Shown here piece after piece: positions 49,096-55,923 of a DNA stretch of 55,923 bases; the stretch's first letter is position 1; every line of letters starts with the position of its first letter. A model generated the notes under the pieces. The model ran no database searches. It was given only the letters and a program-made list of their open reading frames with translations, and had not been told where the DNA came from. The translations under genes and the position numbers were made by a program. The DNA is from a virus. Its lineage: Duplodnaviria; Caudoviricetes. The stretch covers positions 1 through 55,923 of the IMG/VR virus record IMGVR_UViG_3300032053_000094. One strand, 5' to 3'.

Positions 49096-49488
49096 TTAAA
49101 TTAGTTCTGTTGTTGTTGTCGTTGTCGGTGGTGGTTCTTCCGTTGTAGTGGTGGTAGTAGTTGTAGTTGTTTCCCATGGAAATGGTAAATTAATTATTGG
49201 TGGATTTATTATATCATTTATTTTTTGGTCTATAATTGAATCAATTACAACTAAATTTGTATAATTATCCAGCCAACTTATAACGTCAATTTCGGTAATT
49301 GCACTATATTCAATAAATCCATCAGGACCAATATCAGTAAAATCAATATACCCAACCAAACTCGCCGAGATATCGGTTTCATTTATTCCAATTCTTTTCC
49401 AATAAATTCTTGTCACAAAATTTGTAAATCCACTAAAATCAGGAATAGTGTCCATTTGTTCTATGTTCCAACTATAATTGTTTGCCAT
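49096..49488 (-). CDS. small phage protein with Thr-rich tail (tail-fibre-associated type)
   Basis: YSWNI..FIEYSAITE.DVISW..LPFPW + poly-Thr. Confidence 0.65.
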   Translation of the reverse strand: MANNYSWNIEQMDTIPDFSGFTNFVTRIYWKRIGINETDISASLVGYIDFTDIGPDGFIEYSAITEIDVISWLDNYTNLVVIDSIIDQKINDIINPPIINLPFPWETTTTTTTTTTEEPPPTTTTTTELI

Positions 49489-49491
49489 ATA

Positions 49492-49710
49492 TTATATACT
49501 TTTTTTAATTTTATATTTTAAATCAGAAATAACTTCTCTGACAATAATCCAATCTCTTCTCATATAAGCATCTTCCAATCTTTCTATTGTTTTAATCATA
49601 GACCTATCTTCACTTTTTTTACTTGGTGATGGTTCAAATGCATCCTCTTTAATTATTCTTCTTATTAAATTGGTCATATCTTTTTCAGATAATCTAACTA
49701 TTTTTTTCAT
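49492..49710 (-). CDS. hypothetical with 'MKKIVRLSEKD' leader
   Basis: 72-aa ORF. Confidence 0.7.
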   Translation of the reverse strand: MKKIVRLSEKDMTNLIRRIIKEDAFEPSPSKKSEDRSMIKTIERLEDAYMRRDWIIVREVISDLKYKIKKSI

Positions 49711-50085
49711 TTAAATTTTAATTAATCTTTTTTTAGTTTCCCCACCCAATTCTATTTCAGATGGTGGTGGTTTTTGATTTAGTGCAATTTTTATTTTATT
49801 CACAGAATCTAACGGTACTACTTCTGTTTGAGTGAAGGGACCAAATTTTCCTGTTATTTCAAATGAATTATTTTTTGGTACAATGTGTGTAACATTAACT
49901 TCCTTCCAACCAAAAAGTTTATAAATTTCTAATCTATATTTAATATTATTTAGTAATAATTTACCATCATTAGTTCTTGAAACTTTAATATTAGTAGGAG
50001 TGTCTTCTTCTTCTTTTAATAATCTTTTTTCTAAGTTTAAATTAGAATCTTTTATATGTTTAATCTTACTTTGACTTCTATTCAT
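49711..50085 (-). CDS. hypothetical, leader ending 'RLLKEE'
   Basis: 124-aa ORF after TATTTAT. Confidence 0.7.
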   Translation of the reverse strand: MNRSQSKIKHIKDSNLNLEKRLLKEEEDTPTNIKVSRTNDGKLLLNNIKYRLEIYKLFGWKEVNVTHIVPKNNSFEITGKFGPFTQTEVVPLDSVNKIKIALNQKPPPSEIELGGETKKRLIKI

Positions 50086-50120
50086 AACAATAAATATTCA
50101 ATAAAACAAAAAACCCACTA

Positions 50121-50441
50121 TTAATATTCGGTGGGTTTAGCCCAAACATAGGAGTTAGGGTGTTTTTTTTTATATATTAATTCAATATATTCATATAATT
50201 CCATAGGTTTTATGGGAATAAACTTAAAAAAGTCAGGAAATTTACCAAAAACATCAACAAGACCCTGATGTGAGTGGTCATATATACCAATATACTGATG
50301 GTCCCAATCAAAAAAGATATTATTTTTTGTAGGATATAACTGAACCTTACCATACATATTCCCAATAGAATATGACACTGTATGGTCCATTTGTTTAATT
50401 TCACCAACAATAAAAAATTTATTGAACAATTCTTCAGTCAT
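50121..50441 (-). CDS. hypothetical protein
   Basis: 106-aa ORF. Confidence 0.6.
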   Translation of the reverse strand: MTEELFNKFFIVGEIKQMDHTVSYSIGNMYGKVQLYPTKNNIFFDWDHQYIGIYDHSHQGLVDVFGKFPDFFKFIPIKPMELYEYIELIYKKKHPNSYVWAKPTEY

Positions 50442-50469
50442 TAATCAAATATATGAAATAAAATACAAA

Positions 50470-51471
50470 TTACCAAGTACGACATGCCCAATATCTTGGT
50501 TTCCATCTAGGTCCTGGTGTGTCACACTTCATACGGGCTCTAAAAGATTTTCTTCTTGCTGGATTATTCTTCTTAATAACCATTCTTTTTCCATGTGCAG
50601 ATTTACCACCAAATCCAAAATTAACTTTTACTACTTTACCCTTATCATTTTTAACATACACTTTTGATTTTTTAACATCACCTTGCATGATTTTACCAAG
50701 TTGAACTTTTCTACCTTGATATTCTGCTTCATTTAATAAATTGTCAGGAATTAAACTAGTTTCTTCAACAGAACCATATTCGTCTTCATAAATAATTTTA
50801 TTAAATTTAGCTAATTCTTTTAAAATTAAAATATTTAATTTATTTTCGTTAAAGTGTGTCATTTTTGGTTCGTTTCCAGTACCTGATTTATTGTGTGTTT
50901 TTTCCGCTCTTCTTTTTTGTGAGGTCATTGACTTCTTTTCTTCTTTAGAATATGACCCTGCGATTTTTGGGGTTTCTTTTGATACTTTTTTGGAGGGTCT
51001 ACATTTTGGGTAACTACCATCTTCAGCTTCCTTTCGTCCACAAGGAGGATGTTTACCTTTAACTTTTTTACCAACATTAACCCATTTCTCTTTAAACCAT
51101 CTATTAAGGTCTTCTGTTAAAGCCTCATCATCGTCATCGCAAGCCTTTTCATCCCATTCATTCTTAAATGCCCATTTATAATTGTCTAATATGTATTTTG
51201 TTATAAATTTCTCAATTTCATCTGTATCACCAATCTTTTTACCATGTAACTCATCATATGAATTAATTAATGTTATTGCACAACTACGAATCAAATATCC
51301 AAGGTACGATTCATAATCATCATAATCACAAGGATTATAAAAATCAAAACCTTCGTAAACAATACTACTAAGATGTTTATCTAATTCGATAATATTTCGT
51401 CTAAAATACATTAATTTGTCATTAATAGACGATATTTCTTCTTTCAATATATTTTTGATAAAAACCCTCAT
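50470..51471 (-). CDS. modular protein: acidic domain + two basic Cys-containing phage modules
   Basis: EDLNRWFKEKWV..PCGR..YPKCRP; AEYQGRKV..NFG..RRKSFRARMKC..YWACRTW. Confidence 0.75.
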   Translation of the reverse strand: MRVFIKNILKEEISSINDKLMYFRRNIIELDKHLSSIVYEGFDFYNPCDYDDYESYLGYLIRSCAITLINSYDELHGKKIGDTDEIEKFITKYILDNYKWAFKNEWDEKACDDDDEALTEDLNRWFKEKWVNVGKKVKGKHPPCGRKEAEDGSYPKCRPSKKVSKETPKIAGSYSKEEKKSMTSQKRRAEKTHNKSGTGNEPKMTHFNENKLNILILKELAKFNKIIYEDEYGSVEETSLIPDNLLNEAEYQGRKVQLGKIMQGDVKKSKVYVKNDKGKVVKVNFGFGGKSAHGKRMVIKKNNPARRKSFRARMKCDTPGPRWKPRYWACRTW

Positions 51472-51484
51472 ATCTGAAATTTAT

Positions 51485-51742
51485 TTACAAATCGTAGATA
51501 CCCAAATCTTTCTCAACTCTTACAATCTCACTATGAGTCAAACCATTTAAATCTTTCTCAATTAGGTTAATTGTTACTTTCTTATAGTCGGACATGGATT
51601 CTTTTTTTATCGCAGCATATATTTTTGCTTTCTTGGCTGGACCGCCACTTTTATAATGGTCAAGAATATTTTGATAATGTAAATCACCAGGTCCCATTTC
51701 ACTAAGTATTTTATATTGCCTTTCCGATATTAATATTTTCAT
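51485..51742 (-). CDS. hypothetical with 'MKILISERQY' leader
   Basis: 85-aa ORF after TATTTAT. Confidence 0.7.
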   Translation of the reverse strand: MKILISERQYKILSEMGPGDLHYQNILDHYKSGGPAKKAKIYAAIKKESMSDYKKVTINLIEKDLNGLTHSEIVRVEKDLGIYDL

Positions 51743-51769
51743 AATACAATAAATATCTCAATATTTAGT

Positions 51770-52051
51770 TTAATGATGATAACCACTCCAAAACCAAACA
51801 GATATTGAGGCAAATACAACACCTGTGACAATTGAAAATATTTTATTATTTTTTCTAATTCTTTTATTTCTATCAATTAAACATTGATTGTACAAAAGGT
51901 TATCATACTTAATAGGTTCGGTATGTTTAATTGTCATATACATACTATTACCTTTAACAAACATTGTTGTGTCTTTTTTAACACAATCAATATTTTGACC
52001 AACACAATTAATACTGAATAAAACTGATACGAGTACGATTAATTTTTTCAT
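51770..52051 (-). CDS. signal peptide + C-terminal TM protein
   Basis: TATATTTG upstream. Confidence 0.65.
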   Translation of the reverse strand: MKKLIVLVSVLFSINCVGQNIDCVKKDTTMFVKGNSMYMTIKHTEPIKYDNLLYNQCLIDRNKRIRKNNKIFSIVTGVVFASISVWFWSGYHH

Positions 52052-52124
52052 TTTTTATAGGTTTAATGAAATACAAATATAATCATTTCCATAATATAAA
52101 AATGTTTTTTAAAAAAAAATATTA

Positions 52125-52454
52125 TTACTCATTAGGAATTATTTCATTTAAAAATAATTTAACATTAGGAATCCATTGTTCCAATCTATATTGAATTTCA
52201 GCCCTAATATTATTAAAATCTTCCCTATCTGTATTACTATGTATATCAATAAACACATTTGTTCCTGTATATGGTACGATTCTATCTATTGTTATTCTAT
52301 CAATAGATTCAATTTCATCTAATTCATCCATCTCACCCAACCCCCATTCTTCCGAATCCTCACGAATAGAATTAAGAGAACTATCAATTAATGATTGAAT
52401 ATGATTACCTAAAACCTGAAGTTGATTATCTTTTATAATATATTTTGTTGCCAT
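52125..52454 (-). CDS. hypothetical protein
   Basis: 109-aa ORF. Confidence 0.7.
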   Translation of the reverse strand: MATKYIIKDNQLQVLGNHIQSLIDSSLNSIREDSEEWGLGEMDELDEIESIDRITIDRIVPYTGTNVFIDIHSNTDREDFNNIRAEIQYRLEQWIPNVKLFLNEIIPNE

Positions 52455-52461
52455 TTTATTT

Positions 52462-53439
52462 TTAATGTATATATTCAGAAAACATTTCGTTTATATATTG
52501 TTGAACTTTTCTAGAATCAGAATAATCAGGAAAACGAGCTCTAAGACAATCATAATCTTCACCTATTATCTTAATAAGACTTCCTTGAAACTCTAATGTT
52601 CCTGAATTACCATATTTACTGTTATTACCAAGATAATCTAAAACTATTGTATCAAAATCACTAATAGGCATTCTAATCATTTCCTCATATTTATCTTTTC
52701 TATTTCCTTCCTTATCCCAAGTGGAACCTCTTCTAACTGACACCCATTTACGGTCTTTAATATCAAAATATTTATCAAGTGAGGACCAAGCATCTTCATA
52801 GTACTCATCTTGTAATGCTGTATTGTCTGAACTATAATACAAGCTCTTTAGTTCTTGTTTTAATTCAGAAAGTTCGTCATCAAGAATTGATTTCATAATA
52901 TCTTCATCCTTAAATATTTCATCAATATTTTGTTGAGTTACGGTTATGTCACCATCATCAGTTACTACTTCTTTTCCATTTAATTCTCGTATAATAATTT
53001 CTTTAAGTTTTTTTACATTTTCAGGAGTTAAGTCATCAATAACATTATCAAATATGTCTATATCATACCCACCATACCAATCCCACTCTAAGTCACCTGT
53101 CAAAGCTTGTTTGATTGTTTCTCTACTATAATCTCTACCATCACAGAATATTGAAGATAAATCCTCGGCATCAGAAACACAATAAATTATATTGTCAACA
53201 ATATCAATATCTGATAATATTTCATTACACCATCTATAAAATTCAGGTTTATTTTCCTTATAAAGATATATCAAATATTCATTTTGCCAATCTTCGGAAC
53301 CATGTCCTCTTGGGTCTATTTCTTGAAATCTTCCAACACTTTTTAAATAATTAAAAAAAAGTTGAATATCATCATTAAAATATATTAATGACTTGGCATT
53401 ACCCGAATTAAATTCTTCTATAACATCATCTAGTATCAT
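52462..53439 (-). CDS. acidic hypothetical protein (start MILDD)
   Basis: TATTTAT upstream; resembles 3876-4904. Confidence 0.75.
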   Translation of the reverse strand: MILDDVIEEFNSGNAKSLIYFNDDIQLFFNYLKSVGRFQEIDPRGHGSEDWQNEYLIYLYKENKPEFYRWCNEILSDIDIVDNIIYCVSDAEDLSSIFCDGRDYSRETIKQALTGDLEWDWYGGYDIDIFDNVIDDLTPENVKKLKEIIIRELNGKEVVTDDGDITVTQQNIDEIFKDEDIMKSILDDELSELKQELKSLYYSSDNTALQDEYYEDAWSSLDKYFDIKDRKWVSVRRGSTWDKEGNRKDKYEEMIRMPISDFDTIVLDYLGNNSKYGNSGTLEFQGSLIKIIGEDYDCLRARFPDYSDSRKVQQYINEMFSEYIH

Positions 53440-53495
53440 ATTACATAAATACAACTAAAAATAAAAAACCCCATCTTAATTGGATGGGGAATTTT

Positions 53496-53861
53496 TTATT
53501 TAAATTTATTGTATTTAGATTTCAAAAATTTATCTAACGGTAAATCATCAGGTTTAATTGGATTATATTCTTTTTCACTATCTTTATCCCATCTTGTTCC
53601 TCCACCAATGTTTAAACCACTTGGTCTGTTTTTACTAAAACTTTCTTTAGATTTCATTTTATTTTGGAATTCGTCATCAATTCCCATATCATCATCAACA
53701 TCAAAACCTAAATCTTCAATATTGTCTTCATCTTCCTCGTCATCAAAAGATGGTTCATCTTCAATAGGAGTATCATCAAAATCTACTTCTTGTTCTTTAA
53801 CTATTCTTCTTACTAATGCAATTAGGTCGGATTCAGTCAATCTTATTATTTTCTTTGCCAT
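53496..53861 (-). CDS. acidic protein with 'MAKKIIRLTESDL' leader
   Basis: 121-aa ORF after TATTTAT. Confidence 0.75.
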   Translation of the reverse strand: MAKKIIRLTESDLIALVRRIVKEQEVDFDDTPIEDEPSFDDEEDEDNIEDLGFDVDDDMGIDDEFQNKMKSKESFSKNRPSGLNIGGGTRWDKDSEKEYNPIKPDDLPLDKFLKSKYNKFK

Positions 53862-53892
53862 AATATTTTTTTATTTATAAATATCATTAAAT

Positions 53893-54207
53893 TTAAGAAT
53901 ATTCGGTGTTAATTGTGTAATATGCTCTGGTGATGATATGGGTACCTTTATCATCGGGAGGAAATAATATTTTATGTGTATCACCAATTATTTCATATAA
54001 TTCTTCTAGTCGGTCATTGTAATTATGAACATACACAATATATTCATAAAAAGGACTTTCATAGGTATTTGTCCATTTAGCTCTTTTTGTTGTACCTTCA
54101 ATAACTTCAATACGGTCCACAAAACTAAACTGAGGTTTTTTAATGATACGATTAAAGTATTCATCAAGTATGTTCTTAAACTGTGATTCTGTAATTAATA
54201 TTTTCAT
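53893..54207 (-). CDS. hypothetical with 'MKILITESQF' leader
   Basis: 104-aa ORF. Confidence 0.7.
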   Translation of the reverse strand: MKILITESQFKNILDEYFNRIIKKPQFSFVDRIEVIEGTTKRAKWTNTYESPFYEYIVYVHNYNDRLEELYEIIGDTHKILFPPDDKGTHIITRAYYTINTEYS

Positions 54208-54213
54208 AACATT

Positions 54214-54462
54214 TTAATTCCAATAAAAGGCAAGTCTATTTCTTATACCCATAGATTTTATTGTATTCTCTATTAAAAGAACAACGTCCAATCTTTTATC
54301 ATATTCATCCATATCAAGGAATATATTATACGCATAATTTTTATCATCATCAATATAGTTACTACTCATATCTCTTTCTCTTGTAACCTCCACATTTTTA
54401 ACAACACCTGAAAATTTTTTATCCAATGCATATTCGACCATATTTCTTATAATTTCTTCCAT
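54214..54462 (-). CDS. hypothetical protein
   Basis: 82-aa ORF in operon. Confidence 0.65.
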   Translation of the reverse strand: MEEIIRNMVEYALDKKFSGVVKNVEVTRERDMSSNYIDDDKNYAYNIFLDMDEYDKRLDVVLLIENTIKSMGIRNRLAFYWN

Positions 54463-54463
54463 A

Positions 54464-54769
54464 TTACCAAATCTTTTTTATTTTTAATTGGGGGTATAGT
54501 TCATTAAGATATCTCATAAGTATCAAAACATAATCTTTAAATATCATACTAAACAATAAAGAACCCTCAACTAATTCTTGTCCATTTGAAAACCATTCTT
54601 GTCTATCAGATTTACCAGGTAAACCTATTAATAAAATATTATTTTTAACTATCCCAAACCAGTCGTCTCCATCTATTTTAATATATTCTAACTCACTACC
54701 TTCAAACTTCATATCAAAATAAGGTTTGATTAATTCATATGCTTGTTCTTCTGATAATATGTAATCCAT
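54464..54769 (-). CDS. hypothetical with 'MDYILSEEQ' leader
   Basis: 101-aa ORF. Confidence 0.65.
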   Translation of the reverse strand: MDYILSEEQAYELIKPYFDMKFEGSELEYIKIDGDDWFGIVKNNILLIGLPGKSDRQEWFSNGQELVEGSLLFSMIFKDYVLILMRYLNELYPQLKIKKIW

Positions 54770-54775
54770 ATATTT

Positions 54776-55072
54776 TTAATCTTTATAATATGTTGTATCC
54801 GATTCCAACCAATGGAAATTTACTCCTTTAAATACACCAAACATCTTAAGGATATTTTTAATATCCTTTTCAACCTCATCGTAGTAATCATCATATGATG
54901 ATTTGGTACCATAGAATCCAACTGGTGCCGAAATCCAAATATTATACTTTGGAAACAATTCATCTTCTCCAACATTGGCGTCATACATCTGAGACTCATA
55001 ACTAAGTTCAGGATACTTCCCCTTAAGAAGGGTAGTTAAAGTATTATCAACAATTTCAGAAGATATTTTCAT
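54776..55072 (-). CDS. hypothetical protein (start MKISSE)
   Basis: TATTTAT upstream. Confidence 0.65.
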   Translation of the reverse strand: MKISSEIVDNTLTTLLKGKYPELSYESQMYDANVGEDELFPKYNIWISAPVGFYGTKSSYDDYYDEVEKDIKNILKMFGVFKGVNFHWLESDTTYYKD

Positions 55073-55168
55073 ATATGATAAATATAAAGATAAATATAAT
55101 CCAACTGTCAAGGATTACTTGACAACTGAACTAAGAGGAAAAACAGGATAGTTTAAATAATAAGAACT

Positions 55169-55444
55169 TTAACAATCGGCATCATAATACCTGTCAAACA
55201 AATATTCACCAAATTTTTCTTTAAGATAGTCAATTAATTCATCCTCAAATGATTCATATTCGTCATAATCAAATGAAGATTCCATAACCCAATTTATGAT
55301 GTTACTCGCATATTCAAATTCATCACCAAACTGACATGGGTCTTCTTCACTACACAATGTTTTTAGTACTTCAACAAATTCTTCACTTCTTCTAAGAAAC
55401 CATCTGTTAATATTGTTTTCTTCTTCAATAATTAATTTACTCAT
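55169..55444 (-). CDS. acidic hypothetical (start MSKLIIEEE); resembles N-domain of 50470-51471
   Basis: FLRR..DPCQF..FEY vs FRRN..NPCDY..ESY. Confidence 0.7.
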   Translation of the reverse strand: MSKLIIEEENNINRWFLRRSEEFVEVLKTLCSEEDPCQFGDEFEYASNIINWVMESSFDYDEYESFEDELIDYLKEKFGEYLFDRYYDADC

Positions 55445-55603
55445 AATGATAAATATATTGTCATCTAAAAAAAAAGGGTAGGGGAAAAAAACCACAAAAT
55501 CACCCGAAGGGGTCGGTTTCGGTTGCCGATATATAATAAAAAAGAAGAAAATAATCTTACAATAATAAAAAACCCCCACTTATTAGGAGGGGGGGGAAGT
55601 TAA

Positions 55604-55882
55604 TTAAAATTTCTTTGCGTGGGGATTATAAAATCTAACGCTTGTAACACGTTCCTTATGACCAACCACAAACTGTGATAATGTTTTGGCGGTCTCCCTT
55701 ATATTCTCAAGTTCATTACTTTTCATTATGCCAGGAGAAATACCAATATTTATAATAAATTCTCTTTCATCATTTGGTTCCAAAAAATCCTCATTAACGG
55801 TCTCCACATTTATTTCTTCTATATCAGGAAACTCTTTAATTAACATCAGACTTAATATTTTTTTTACTCCTATCTTACTCAT
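55604..55882 (-). CDS. hypothetical protein
   Basis: 92-aa ORF after TATTTAT. Confidence 0.7.
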   Translation of the reverse strand: MSKIGVKKILSLMLIKEFPDIEEINVETVNEDFLEPNDEREFIINIGISPGIMKSNELENIRETAKTLSQFVVGHKERVTSVRFYNPHAKKF

Positions 55883-55923
55883 AACAATAAATATAATAAT
55901 AAATAAAAAACCACATCATAAAG

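Noticed and set aside
55460-55600. GC-rich intergenic patch with small hairpins
   Set aside because: Only 3-5 bp stems and one terminator-like repeat; insufficient to call an RNA or origin.

Overview
AT-rich, gene-dense, mostly minus-strand segment that reads as part of a large (jumbo/huge) tailed phage infecting Bacteroidota. The host call rests on TTTG-N20-TAnnTTTG promoters, A-rich starts without Shine-Dalgarno, and host-like PD40-OmpA and lipoprotein genes. Contents: the C-terminal half of a ClpC/ClpB ATPase behind an apparently split intein, ClpP, a tmRNA with an unusually long tag, seven tRNAs, a bizarre tRNA-like RNA and two unexplained structured RNAs. It also carries three clear free-standing endonucleases plus a fourth with a virion-type leader, lysis/cell-wall genes, auxiliary enzymes (PPK2, GMP reductase/IMPDH, thioesterase, DenV-like glycosylase, metallophosphoesterase), and >20 ORFs sharing a short N-terminal '(I/L)-x-E' leader, many behind a TATTTAT motif. 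Best novel candidate: an unannotated 33-codon leader peptide rich in Cys/Trp/His/Thr, followed by a terminator/antiterminator switch, directly upstream of the tRNA-Cys/Trp/His/Thr array. This looks like a ribosome-sensing attenuator that would switch on phage tRNAs when the matching host tRNAs fail. All protein calls are motif recognition by eye; no database searches or folding computations were run.
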